Positions 38,197 through 47,827 of a stretch of DNA of 64,000 bases are shown piece after piece (positions within the stretch are counted from its first letter, which is position 1; every line of letters starts with the position of its first letter). The DNA is from an uncultured Pelagibacteraceae bacterium. GTDB lineage: Bacteria; Pseudomonadota; Alphaproteobacteria; Pelagibacterales; Pelagibacteraceae. The notes beneath the pieces were generated by a model. The model was given only the letters and a program-made list of their open reading frames with translations, searched no databases and was not told the origin of the DNA. The translations under genes and the position numbers were made by a program. The DNA is taken from contig CACKGF010000002.1 in the NCBI GenBank assembly GCA_902599625.1, positions 177,829 through 241,828 of the forward strand, given 5' to 3'.

Positions 38197-39629
38197 TATA
38201 TCAGAAATAATACCGGCATTCCTAACAAAGCAGTAAGTATGAAATAATTACTATAACCCATCACATCAACCCATGCACCTGAATATCCCGCTATAAGTTT
38301 TGGTAAAAATAACATAATCGAACTAAACAAAGCATATTGCGTCGCAGTAAATTTGATTGACGTTAATCCAGATAAGTAAATTACAAAAGCTGCACCAGCA
38401 AATCCACTTGATATATTATCTGCGGTAATTACCATGATTAAATAATTAATATTTGCATCTACTGTTGCCAGCCAAGCGAATAACAAGTTACTTAAAGATG
38501 CAATTAAAGCACCTAAAAATAAGGCCATCATTGTCCCTTTTTTAGATGCAAAATAGCCTCCTAATAAACCACCTATGATAGTTGCAAATACTCCAAAGAA
38601 TTTTGAGTAAGTAGCAATATCTTTTATTGAGTAACCTTTCTCTAAATAAAATATATTTGCCATAACACCCATAACTACATCAGCAATTCTGTATAGAGAA
38701 ATAAGCATAAGGATAACCAAAGCAAATTTTCCGTATTTTTTTATAAAATTTGTTATTGGAGCAATATAACTTTCAGTTATCATTTTTTTTTTAATTATTT
38801 TGATTTTTATCATTAATACCAACAAAGTGCCTGAGACTAGAAAGCAAAAAGCCAACTTTAAACAAGTAAGTATAAAGATTAAAAAATTATTATCTTTGAT
38901 AGAGAAACTTATATTTGAGTAGAGATAGATAAAGATAATGATAGTTAACAATATAGATAAAAAGAAAATCAAATGGTTATTTGTTTTCTTGAATATATTT
39001 TTTTTTACCTTGGGTTCATCCGAGGAGAGATTTGCAAATATACCAACCGACATTAAAAAAGCCATTATGCAATAAACTTTTTGCCATACAATTTGGTCAT
39101 AAGTATCTGAGCCAAAATAAGCAGCTAACCATAAACTTCCAGCTCCACTTACGAGCATACCGACTCTATACCCTGCAATATACATGGAAGACAAATACCC
39201 CTGTTTACTTTGAGAAACTGACTCAATTCTAAATGCATCAATTATAATATCTTGAGATGCGCTAAAAAAAGCCAAAAGAACAATAAAAATTGCTGTCGCT
39301 AATAAATTTTTTTGCGGATCACTAAATGAAGTGAGTAATAATGATAGAATTATTAAAATTTGAACTAATAATAGCCAACTTCGTCTATGTCCAAATTTTT
39401 TAAAAATTGGTAAACTAAATCTATCTATTATTGGAGACCAAAGATATTTAAAGGCATATGCGAAACCCGCCCAACTAAATAGAGTTATTGTACTTCTTTC
39501 TATACCAGCTTTAGATAACCAGACTGATAAAGTTGAGAATACTAACAATATTGGTAATCCAGAGGAGAAACCAAATAAAAGCATCTTTAATGACTTTTCT
39601 TTAAAGAAGTAATCAAAATTATTAGTCAA
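38160..39629 (-). CDS. ampG: AmpG-family muropeptide permease (MFS)
   Basis: 489-aa multi-TM ORF with an AmpG-like N-terminus LLFGFSSGLPILLVFSTLSVWLSKAGIERSTI...YLWSPIIDRF. Confidence 0.82.
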   Translation of the reverse strand: MTNNFDYFFKEKSLKMLLFGFSSGLPILLVFSTLSVWLSKAGIERSTITLFSWAGFAYAFKYLWSPIIDRFSLPIFKKFGHRRSWLLLVQILIILSLLLTSFSDPQKNLLATAIFIVLLAFFSASQDIIIDAFRIESVSQSKQGYLSSMYIAGYRVGMLVSGAGSLWLAAYFGSDTYDQIVWQKVYCIMAFLMSVGIFANLSSDEPKVKKNIFKKTNNHLIFFLSILLTIIIFIYLYSNISFSIKDNNFLIFILTCLKLAFCFLVSGTLLVLMIKIKIIKKKMITESYIAPITNFIKKYGKFALVILMLISLYRIADVVMGVMANIFYLEKGYSIKDIATYSKFFGVFATIIGGLLGGYFASKKGTMMALFLGALIASLSNLLFAWLATVDANINYLIMVITADNISSGFAGAAFVIYLSGLTSIKFTATQYALFSSIMLFLPKLIAGYSGAWVDVMGYSNYFILTALLGMPVLFLIYWIGIIAPVKDK

Positions 39630-41075
39630 TTAGTTTCTCCAAAAAGATGGTAAGAATATTACTAAAATCGCAAAAATCTCTAAACGACCTAAAATCATTC
39701 CAGTAGATAAGATCCATTTTGATACAGCTGGCAAATTTGCATAATTACTATTTGGCCCAATTTCGTTTCCAAGTCCAGGACCAACATTTGAAATTGAAGA
39801 CGCAGCTCCAGAAACTGCTGTAATAAAGTTTAAACCTGTGAGAGTTAAAAGGGCGGATATTATAAAGAAAATTATAATATAAAGATAAATAAATGATATA
39901 ATTGAGGCTATTAATTTGTCTTGAACTATATCATTGTTATATTTCAAATTTATAATTGCCCTAGGGTAAATTATTTTCAATAATTGATTCTTTAAAAAAA
40001 AATAAAGCATATGCACTCTAAATACTTTAATACCACAAGTAGTTGATCCTGCACATCCACCAATAAACATAAGTAATAAAAAAAATATTAAAGGGAAATT
40101 TCCCCATTGATCAAATTCTTTGGTGACATAACCAGTTCCTGTTAATATTGAAACCACATTGAAGATAATTGCTCTTAATTGTATTTCAAAAATACTTTTG
40201 TTAACGATTGCTAAATAAACAAAAAGAATAAGAATTGAAAAAAATATTAATTTGAGGAATAATTTTATTTGTTCATCTCTAAATATTATTTTTTTATTAC
40301 CAGATAAAAATTTGATGTATGAAATAAATGGTATACTACCTAAAATAATAAAAATTATAGATACATACTCAATTTTTGCACTTTCAAAAAATCCTATTGA
40401 TTGATTATAATTTGAGAAACCTCCTGTAGCTATAGTGGTCATCGAGTGAGTTAAGCTATCAAAAAAATTCATTCCACAAATTTTATAGAAAAATGCACAA
40501 AGCAAAGTTAACGAAAAATAGATAAGAACTAATCTTAGAGAAATTTGTTTTGACTTGGGAAGTATTTTTTCTGAACTGTCTCCACTTGAAATTTTCAAAA
40601 GTTGCATACCACCGATATTCATTATAGGCATCAAAGTAATTGCCATTACAATGATTCCAATTCCACCTAACCACTGGAGTATTGCTCTCCAGCTTAAAAT
40701 TGCCTTAGGAGTGTCGGATAAATTATTGATAATTGTAGCTCCAGTAGTTGTAATTCCAGACATACTTTCAAAAAAGGCATCGGTAAGAGATAGATTTAAG
40801 TCTGAAAATATAAATGGAATAGATCCAAATATTGCTACCCCTATCCACGACAATGCAGTGAGGAGAAAAGCCTGTTGAGTGCTTATACTTCTGTTATGAT
40901 CGATATTGGCTAAAAAAAACAGAGCACCAAAAGTAATTGTAATTATTGAAGATATTATAAAGGTAGAATTGAACTCATTGTAAATTAATTGTATTGCAAT
41001 AGGAACAAACATTGAAAAACCTAATACAATCAATAATACGCCTAAGGTAAAAAAAACTGTTTTATAATTGGACAT
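39630..41075 (-). CDS. trkH: Trk-type potassium uptake protein TrkH
   Basis: 481-aa polytopic ORF with repeated pore-loop GF/TG segments (SGITTTGAT, TIATGGFS, LTGTGY, GSTTCG), typical of TrkH/KtrB. Confidence 0.9.
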   Translation of the reverse strand: MSNYKTVFFTLGVLLIVLGFSMFVPIAIQLIYNEFNSTFIISSIITITFGALFFLANIDHNRSISTQQAFLLTALSWIGVAIFGSIPFIFSDLNLSLTDAFFESMSGITTTGATIINNLSDTPKAILSWRAILQWLGGIGIIVMAITLMPIMNIGGMQLLKISSGDSSEKILPKSKQISLRLVLIYFSLTLLCAFFYKICGMNFFDSLTHSMTTIATGGFSNYNQSIGFFESAKIEYVSIIFIILGSIPFISYIKFLSGNKKIIFRDEQIKLFLKLIFFSILILFVYLAIVNKSIFEIQLRAIIFNVVSILTGTGYVTKEFDQWGNFPLIFFLLLMFIGGCAGSTTCGIKVFRVHMLYFFLKNQLLKIIYPRAIINLKYNNDIVQDKLIASIISFIYLYIIIFFIISALLTLTGLNFITAVSGAASSISNVGPGLGNEIGPNSNYANLPAVSKWILSTGMILGRLEIFAILVIFLPSFWRN

Positions 41076-41159
41076 TTAATTTGAACATTATTTTATGGAA
41101 AATAAATTTCAACATTATATGAATTTAAATATAAGCTAATTATACAATAAATTCGTTTT

Positions 41160-42731
41160 TTGATGAAAGAAATTAACAAACAAGACATTGAAAAATCAAA
41201 CTCATGGCCAATCGTTGAGGCAAAAAAAATTTTAAAAGAGAGAAAGTCTTTTATTGAAAAAAAAGGAAAGATAGTTCTTCAAACTGGCTATGGCCCATCC
41301 GGGTTACCTCATATAGGAACTTTTGGTGAGGTGGCACGTACATCAATGGTAGTAAATGCATTAAATTTATTAACAGACTTGCCTAAAGAAATTATTACAT
41401 TTTCAGATGATATGGATGGCCTCAGAAAAGTACCAGATAATGTGCCTAATAAAAAAATTTTAACTGACAATATCCATAAACCACTGACTGTTGTTCCAGA
41501 TCCTTTTCAAAAGTTCAATAGTTTCGGGGAACATAATAATGAAATGTTAAAAAAGTTTTTAGATCAATTCAATTTCAAATATAATTTTTTAAGCTCAACA
41601 AAGTTATATAAAAGTGGTTTCTTTAATGAGCCACTTAAAAAAATCTTAGAAAATTATGATGGGATAATGAACATTATAATTCCAACTCTTGGTAAAGAAA
41701 GACAAAAAACCTACAGTCCTTTTTTACCGATATGTCCAAAAACTGGTCAAGTTTTGGAAATTCCAGTTTTGGAAATAGATAAATCAAAATCTTGTATTAC
41801 ATTCGATAATAAAGGAGAGAAAATTAATGTCAGTATTCTTGATGGTAAATGCAAACTTCAATGGAAAGTAGATTGGGCAATGCGCTGGTATGCTTTAGAT
41901 GTTGATTTTGAGATGTATGGAAAAGACTTAATTGAAAGTGCAATCCTATCAACAAAAATTGTGAAACTTTTAGGTAAAAAAAATCCATCTGGTTTTGCTT
42001 ATGAATTATTTCTAGATGAAAAAGGAGAGAAAATTTCAAAGTCAAAAGGTAATGGTGTTACAATTGAGCAATGGTTAAAATACGCTTCTCCAGAAAGTCT
42101 ATCTTTGTTTATGTATCAGAATCCAAAACGAGCCAAAAAACTTTATAAAGAAATTGTGCCGAAAGCGGTCGATGAATATTTAGATTGTATAGAAAAAAGT
42201 AAAAATCAGTCAAATAAAGAAATTTTATTGAATCCAGTTTGGCACGTCCATAATGGAAATATTCCTGATGAAAAAAAAATTATGAGCTATTCAATGTTAT
42301 TAAATTTGGTTGAAACAAGTAATGCTAATTCAAAAGATGTTTTATGGAAATTTGTTGAAAGGTACGCAAAGGACCTAAATAAAAAAGACTATCCAATATT
42401 TGATAAATTAATTGAATACTCAATAACATATTTTAATGACATTGCTAAAAGTAATAAAAAATACAAAAGTCCAAACAAAGTGGAGAAACAAGCGTTACTA
42501 AATCTAATTAAGATGTTAGAGAATTCTCCAAATAACCTTGAACCAGAAGATATTCAAACAAATATTTATACTGTTGGAAAAGAAAATGGTTATAAAGAAA
42601 ATTTAAGGGACTGGTTTAAATTAATATACGAAGTAGTATTTGGAGTTGAAAATGGACCTAGGTTAGGTTTTTTTATAAGCTTCTTTGGCGTAAAAAATAC
42701 TATTAAACTAATAAAAGAAAAAATTAATTAA
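41160..42731 (+). CDS. lysK: lysyl-tRNA synthetase, class I
   Basis: 523-aa ORF with a HIGH-type motif PSGLPHIGTFGE and a KMSKS-type KISKSKGNG. The track start is TTG at 41160, but the ATG at 41163 is more likely. Confidence 0.92.
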   Translation: MMKEINKQDIEKSNSWPIVEAKKILKERKSFIEKKGKIVLQTGYGPSGLPHIGTFGEVARTSMVVNALNLLTDLPKEIITFSDDMDGLRKVPDNVPNKKILTDNIHKPLTVVPDPFQKFNSFGEHNNEMLKKFLDQFNFKYNFLSSTKLYKSGFFNEPLKKILENYDGIMNIIIPTLGKERQKTYSPFLPICPKTGQVLEIPVLEIDKSKSCITFDNKGEKINVSILDGKCKLQWKVDWAMRWYALDVDFEMYGKDLIESAILSTKIVKLLGKKNPSGFAYELFLDEKGEKISKSKGNGVTIEQWLKYASPESLSLFMYQNPKRAKKLYKEIVPKAVDEYLDCIEKSKNQSNKEILLNPVWHVHNGNIPDEKKIMSYSMLLNLVETSNANSKDVLWKFVERYAKDLNKKDYPIFDKLIEYSITYFNDIAKSNKKYKSPNKVEKQALLNLIKMLENSPNNLEPEDIQTNIYTVGKENGYKENLRDWFKLIYEVVFGVENGPRLGFFISFFGVKNTIKLIKEKIN

Positions 42732-43768
42732 TGTTTTCTAAAATAAGACCTTTTATTTTTAAGCTTGATCCTGAATTAGCGCACGATCTTGCAATAAAAG
42801 CACTTAAAACAAATTTAATTGTTAAAGATTATAAAAAGAATGAATTAATTCTAAAAACTAAATTATTTGGAAAAGAAATTCCGAATCCAATTGGAATAGC
42901 CGCTGGATTTGATAAAAATGCAGAAGTTTACAATCCTTTATTTAAACTTGGTTTTGGTTTTGTAGAAGTTGGCACTGTTACTCCTTTAAGTCAGTACGGT
43001 AATCCAAAACCTCGAGTATTTAGATTAGAGGAAGATTATGCTCTAATAAATCGATTAGGGTTTAATAATAATGGGGCTGATGATGCAAGATCAAGAATAA
43101 TTAAAAAAAAACCTATAGGGATGCTCGGAATAAACATAGGACCCAATTGGAACTCAGAAAATAAAATTGACGATTATTTAAATTGTTTAAGGAAGTTTCA
43201 TGATATTGCTGATTATATTACAATAAATATTTCATCACCAAATACGGAGAATTTAAGAGATTTTCATAACAATGAAGAATTAAAAAATTTGTTGGAAAGT
43301 ATTCATAACGAAAGAGAAAAATTGAAAAGTGATATTCCGATAGCTATAAAAATATCACCTGATATTAATCAAAAAAAAGTTGAGGAAATTTGCAGAACAA
43401 TTTTGGATTATGATATTAAAGCCATAATTGTCTCTAACACCACTGATGGTAACCGTGATAGTTTGAAAAACCACAAGAAATTTCAAAAAGGAGGTCTTTC
43501 AGGAAAACCTTTGAATGAAATATCTAATAAATTGATAAACAATTTTTATAAAATATTAAATAATAAGATAGATATAATTGGTGTAGGAGGAGTGGACTCT
43601 GGTGAGACAGCTTATCAAAAGTTTATGCATGGTGCAAAGTTTGTGCAACTTTATACAGGTATGGTTTTTCATGGTCCAAAAATTGTTAGCAAGATTTCAG
43701 AAGAGTTAAATAATATTCTTGAAACTAATAATGTAAAAAAATTAAGCGATATTATTGGAAAAATTTAA
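42731..43768 (+). CDS. pyrD: dihydroorotate dehydrogenase (quinone), class 2
   Basis: 345-aa ORF with GFVEVGTVTP, NISSPNT, VSNTT and GVGGV motifs. Confidence 0.93.
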   Translation: MFSKIRPFIFKLDPELAHDLAIKALKTNLIVKDYKKNELILKTKLFGKEIPNPIGIAAGFDKNAEVYNPLFKLGFGFVEVGTVTPLSQYGNPKPRVFRLEEDYALINRLGFNNNGADDARSRIIKKKPIGMLGINIGPNWNSENKIDDYLNCLRKFHDIADYITINISSPNTENLRDFHNNEELKNLLESIHNEREKLKSDIPIAIKISPDINQKKVEEICRTILDYDIKAIIVSNTTDGNRDSLKNHKKFQKGGLSGKPLNEISNKLINNFYKILNNKIDIIGVGGVDSGETAYQKFMHGAKFVQLYTGMVFHGPKIVSKISEELNNILETNNVKKLSDIIGKI

Positions 43769-43777
43769 AATATCGAC

Positions 43778-43806
43778 TTGACTGACAACTAAACTACATT
43801 TATACC
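43778..43806 (+). promoter_or_regulatory. candidate sigma70-type promoter for rpmB
   Basis: Read directly: TTGACT (43778-43783), a 17-nt spacer, then TATACC (43801-43806), 13 nt before the rpmB ATG. This would give a very short leader. There is no experimental support. Confidence 0.35.
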
Positions 43807-43818
43807 ACGTTAATCATC

Positions 43819-44100
43819 ATGACAAAAAAATGTGAACTTACTGGCAAAAGACCTTTAAAGGGTCACAAAGTTAGCCATGCAAATAATAAAGTTAAGAGAA
43901 GATTTTTACCTGGTATTAAAAAAGTAAATTTTAAGAGCGATATTTTGAACAAAAGCTTAAGATTAAATGTCTCAAATTCTGCAATGCGATCAATTGATAA
44001 AAAAGGTAGTTTTGATCAATTTATGAAAGAGGTTAAATCAAAATACTTATCAGATAGACTTAAAAAAGTTAAAAAAAGTATTCTGCAAAAATCTGCTTAA
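43819..44100 (+). CDS. rpmB: 50S ribosomal protein L28
   Basis: 93-aa ORF with KCELTGKRPLKGHKVSHANNKVKRRFLP, the canonical L28 core. Confidence 0.93.
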   Translation: MTKKCELTGKRPLKGHKVSHANNKVKRRFLPGIKKVNFKSDILNKSLRLNVSNSAMRSIDKKGSFDQFMKEVKSKYLSDRLKKVKKSILQKSA

Positions 44101-44654
44101 TGAATAAAGTTTTTCTAGCCCTGTCTTTTTTTATGGGTTTGGTGGTTTTAGCATCAAACTATCTAGTTCAATTTCCAATAAAATATTACGGTTTAGATCA
44201 ATTATTAACATATGGTGCTTTTAGTTATCCTATAGCCTTTTTAATTACAGATTTAGCAAATAGATCATACGGCAAAATTGCAGCGAGAAAAATTGTATAT
44301 TTTGGATTTGTAATCGGAATTAGTTTTACGCTATTTTTCTCAACTAATTTTGATGATTTAATATCAGTTAGAATCGCAATTGGATCAGGATCAGCATTTT
44401 TAGTTGCTCAACTTTTGGATGTTCAAGTGTTTGATAAGTTAAGAAAAAAACGATGGTTCATTGCTCCATTAACCTCATCTCTTATCGGATCCACAGTTGA
44501 TACCTTCTTATTCTTTTCAATTTCTTTTTATGCAACCGGTGTTCCTTGGGTTACTTTATCTTTAGGTGATCTAGCAGTTAAAATATTCGTTGCACTAGTA
44601 ATGTTAATACCTTTTAGATTATTATTAGGTACTCTAAAGCCAGTTCAAAGTTAA
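44100..44654 (+). CDS. yhhQ: queuosine-precursor transporter (YhhQ/DUF165, VUT family)
   Basis: 184-aa six-TM ORF with YPIAFLITDLANRSYG and AQLLDVQVFDKLR...STVDTFLFF, typical of YhhQ. Its start shares one base with the rpmB stop (TAATG). Confidence 0.78.
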   Translation: MNKVFLALSFFMGLVVLASNYLVQFPIKYYGLDQLLTYGAFSYPIAFLITDLANRSYGKIAARKIVYFGFVIGISFTLFFSTNFDDLISVRIAIGSGSAFLVAQLLDVQVFDKLRKKRWFIAPLTSSLIGSTVDTFLFFSISFYATGVPWVTLSLGDLAVKIFVALVMLIPFRLLLGTLKPVQS

Positions 44655-45526
44655 TACAAAAATTTATAAGATAAAATTTTGTAGACCAATTTAGCCGCAA
44701 GAAAATTATATGAATTAAAACCCTTAATAGGCGAAAGTTCATTTAAGTCTGCACCAACAATATTTGAATTTTTTGCAGCAATCTTAAGAATATTCAATGT
44801 TTCATCCCAAAATAACCCACCAGGCTCAGGTGTACCAGTTGCCGGCATAATACCTGAGTCTAATCCGTCAACATCAAAAGTAATGTAAACATTTTTATTT
44901 TTTATTAATCTTTTAAATTTGTTTAAATCCCATTTACTCTTATCTTTAGCCCAAAATATTTTTATTCTTTTTGAATTTCTTTTTAAAAATGGAATTTCCT
45001 CTTTAGATATATTTCTTATACCAAAAGAAATAACAGAAACGTTTGGATAATCTAAACATCTTCGAATTGCAGATGCATGTGAAAATTTTTCTCCATTATA
45101 ACTATCTCGTAAATCTGCATGGGCATCAAAGTGCAAAAGACAAATATTTTTGAACTTTTTAGTGAAAGGAGCAATACATCCAGGCGTTATTGAATGCTCT
45201 CCTCCCAAAGTCATAGGAAATAGTTTTTTTTCCAAAATCTCTTGATTAATTTTTGACATTACGCTGAGTGCTTTTTTAATATTTTTTTGTATTTTAAAAG
45301 GTTTTAAAGTTTTAATTCCAATTTTTTTGAAAGGTTCACAATTTAATTCTTCATCATAAAGCTCAACTTGATGGGAGGCTTTAATAATTTCTTTTGGTCC
45401 GTTTCTTGTACCTCCACCATAGCTTACAGTTTTTTCTAGACCAAACGGAACAACAACTACTTTTTCTTTAAAACTAAATTTATTATCGATACCTAGAAAA
45501 CCATTTTTATTTGAAAGATATTTCAC
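44651..45526 (-). CDS. speB: agmatinase-type ureohydrolase (arginase family)
   Basis: 291-aa ORF with Mn-binding motifs GGEHSIT, HFDAHADLRD and TFDVDGLD. Confidence 0.8.
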   Translation of the reverse strand: MKYLSNKNGFLGIDNKFSFKEKVVVVPFGLEKTVSYGGGTRNGPKEIIKASHQVELYDEELNCEPFKKIGIKTLKPFKIQKNIKKALSVMSKINQEILEKKLFPMTLGGEHSITPGCIAPFTKKFKNICLLHFDAHADLRDSYNGEKFSHASAIRRCLDYPNVSVISFGIRNISKEEIPFLKRNSKRIKIFWAKDKSKWDLNKFKRLIKNKNVYITFDVDGLDSGIMPATGTPEPGGLFWDETLNILKIAAKNSNIVGADLNELSPIKGFNSYNFLAAKLVYKILSYKFLY

Positions 45527-45543
45527 TTTAGGATCCTATTTTA

Positions 45544-46587
45544 TCAAGAAAATATTTTTGAAAAATTTTTTCTCTCTCTCTTTTTCCACTCACCTTTATG
45601 ATAAGCATCGCTAGCAATTAAAGGCAGTACACTAGTTGCTTCGGCAAAAACCATCTGTTCTTTTGTTATATCTACTTTTCCCCAAGAACTAGCCTCTTTA
45701 AGAGTAGAACTACTACATGCCCCGTCTCTTGAGTCTGCAACAGTTATTTGAATTGCGTATTTGTGCATATCCACCTCTTTACCTAATAATTCAGCACAAA
45801 TAACTGTGTCTTGAATGAAATTTTTTGGAACACCTCCGCCTATCATAAATAGACCAGAATTTTTTGATTTAATTTTAATTTCTGTTAATTCTCTGAATTC
45901 TCTAATTGAGTCTATGGTGATGTGTTTATTTGGATTTTTTTCTTGATGCATAACTAATCCAAATCCGGCGCTAGAGTCAGTAAAAGCAGGGCAAAAAATA
46001 GGAACGTTATTATCAAACGCTGTTTCTATTAATGAACCTTTTTTTTTTGAATTATCTTTTAAATATCTTCCCATCTCATATATAAATTCTCTAGAGGTGT
46101 ATGTTTTTGGGGGTAACTTATCAGCTATTTCACATATAATTTTATCGCACATTTGTAGTTCATCTTCATCAATATAAGTATCGTAAATCCTATCAATATA
46201 ATTTTTTCTAAGTTCACTATCATCTTGAAATTGTGAACCTTGATAATGTTTAAAACCCAAACCCTCAAAAAAATCCATATCAACAATTGATGCGCCAGTA
46301 GCAACAATAGCATCTACCATATTGTATTTAACCATATCTTTATAGATATTCATGCATCCCGCGGCAGATGTTGATCCTGCAAGTGTCAAAAAAATTGTGC
46401 AATTTTTATCCTTTAACATCTCGTTAAATATACTTGCAGCGTTTCCTGTTTCTCTGGAGACAAAAGACATTTTTTGCATCGATGATATAATATCTCGAGA
46501 GTCAAAAGAAGTTATGTCAATGTGTTCTACAGGTTTGTTAAGAAAACTTTTTTTTGTATTGTGGCCTAAATTTTTCTTTTCTGACAT
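45544..46587 (-). CDS. deoxyhypusine synthase-like protein (possible homospermidine synthase)
   Basis: 347-aa ORF of the DHS family, with a TLAGSTSAAG NAD region and MIGGGVPKNF. It is flanked by polyamine genes. Confidence 0.78.
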   Translation of the reverse strand: MSEKKNLGHNTKKSFLNKPVEHIDITSFDSRDIISSMQKMSFVSRETGNAASIFNEMLKDKNCTIFLTLAGSTSAAGCMNIYKDMVKYNMVDAIVATGASIVDMDFFEGLGFKHYQGSQFQDDSELRKNYIDRIYDTYIDEDELQMCDKIICEIADKLPPKTYTSREFIYEMGRYLKDNSKKKGSLIETAFDNNVPIFCPAFTDSSAGFGLVMHQEKNPNKHITIDSIREFRELTEIKIKSKNSGLFMIGGGVPKNFIQDTVICAELLGKEVDMHKYAIQITVADSRDGACSSSTLKEASSWGKVDITKEQMVFAEATSVLPLIASDAYHKGEWKKRERKNFSKIFS

Positions 46588-47766
46588 TTATGCGACTAGA
46601 GATCCTTTATTTTTATCTCTATCGTACATAGTCATTATTGGTTCATCCTCAACTTCATAAATCTCATTAGAATAAAATCCGTTAAATTGAGTTCTAAAAG
46701 TTAATCCATACGCTCCTAGTTGACCAAGTTCTATGTAATCATTCTCTTTAACATTATTAGGTAAAATAAAAGGTCCTTTCATATAATCAAGGCTATCACA
46801 AGTTGGTCCATAAAAATCAAAAGCAGTCATTTTTTTTGAAATCATTCTTCCGTTTGTAATTATTTTTGAAGGATAAACTATATTTGGAACTCCACCATCA
46901 AATAAGGTTCCATAAGTTCCATCATTTATATAAAGCTTCTGTTTTTTTCTTAAATTTACTTTCACTATCGTTGATCCTGACTCTGCGACCAACGCTCTTC
47001 CTGGCTCACAAATTATTTCAGGCATCTTATTTAATTTCAATTTTTCAAAAGCTGTTTTAATCTCATTAAAGTAACTTTCCAAAGAAGGCGGAATTAGATC
47101 CGGATAAATAGTTGGAAATCCACCCCCAATATTTATTACATCTGGAATTATTTTTGTTTTTTTAATTATATTTCCAATTTCAGAAATACCTTTAGCATAT
47201 GAAATAGGATGCATACATTGTGAACCAACATGAAAACTTAAACCAATTTTTTTTGCATATTGTTTAGTTAATCTTAATAATCCGATTGCTTCAGAACTTA
47301 ATGCACCAAATTTTTTTGATAAATCAATCTCAGCATGTTCATTGGAAACAGCCACCCTCACATATAACTCAAGATCTTTAGCTTGATCTGTAGACTCAAT
47401 AATTTTGATTAATTCCTCTTTTGTATCTAATGAAAAACTTTTAACATTATATTTAAAATACGCATCTCTAATACTTTCTCTACTCTTTACAGTATGCATG
47501 TAAGAACATTCTAAATCTTTGTTGATCTTTTTAATCATCTCTATCTCTTTTATTGAAGCTACATCAAAATTCTTTATCCCTGATTCTATAAGAGTTCTGA
47601 CTACAAAAGGATGTGGATTAGTTTTAACCGCATATAGGATTTTGCCTGGGAAATTTTTTAAAAAAACTTTGGTAGCTTTTTTTATAGAGTTCTTTCTGAT
47701 GCAGTAAACTGGACCAGAAGGTTTGATTACATTAATTAATTCATCAACCGTTTTAAATTTTTTCAT
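46588..47766 (-). CDS. ornithine/lysine decarboxylase (alanine-racemase-fold, group IV PLP decarboxylase)
   Basis: 392-aa ORF with the PLP-Lys motif YAVKTNP, plus HVGSQ, GGGFP, CEPGRALV and GPTCDSLD. A GGAG Shine-Dalgarno sequence lies 8 nt upstream. Confidence 0.85.
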   Translation of the reverse strand: MKKFKTVDELINVIKPSGPVYCIRKNSIKKATKVFLKNFPGKILYAVKTNPHPFVVRTLIESGIKNFDVASIKEIEMIKKINKDLECSYMHTVKSRESIRDAYFKYNVKSFSLDTKEELIKIIESTDQAKDLELYVRVAVSNEHAEIDLSKKFGALSSEAIGLLRLTKQYAKKIGLSFHVGSQCMHPISYAKGISEIGNIIKKTKIIPDVINIGGGFPTIYPDLIPPSLESYFNEIKTAFEKLKLNKMPEIICEPGRALVAESGSTIVKVNLRKKQKLYINDGTYGTLFDGGVPNIVYPSKIITNGRMISKKMTAFDFYGPTCDSLDYMKGPFILPNNVKENDYIELGQLGAYGLTFRTQFNGFYSNEIYEVEDEPIMTMYDRDKNKGSLVA

Positions 47767-47795
47767 TTTTTTAGCTCCGTAAAAAAAAATTTAAC

Positions 47796-47827
47796 AAAAA
47801 AAATCTGCATAACAGCTATGCAAATTT
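47796..47827 (-). promoter_or_regulatory. terminator-like hairpin + U-run in the decarboxylase leader (candidate attenuator)
   Basis: Minus strand reads AAAUUUGCAUA-GCUGU-UAUGCAGAUUU followed by UUUUU. The core is a perfect 6-bp TGCATA/TATGCA stem, extendable to 11 pairs with one G.U. It lies ~30 nt upstream of the gene's ATG. An 8-codon mini-ORF (47842..47816) stops at the top of the 5' arm. Confidence 0.35.

Noticed and set aside
40483-40878. 107-aa (+) and 63-aa (-) ORFs inside trkH.
   Set aside because: They are alternative-frame or antisense artefacts within a confident polytopic transporter gene, and no motifs are visible.
46352-46660. 102-aa plus-strand ORF spanning the junction of the DHS-like gene and the decarboxylase gene.
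   Set aside because: It is antisense to both conserved genes, and there is no supporting signal.
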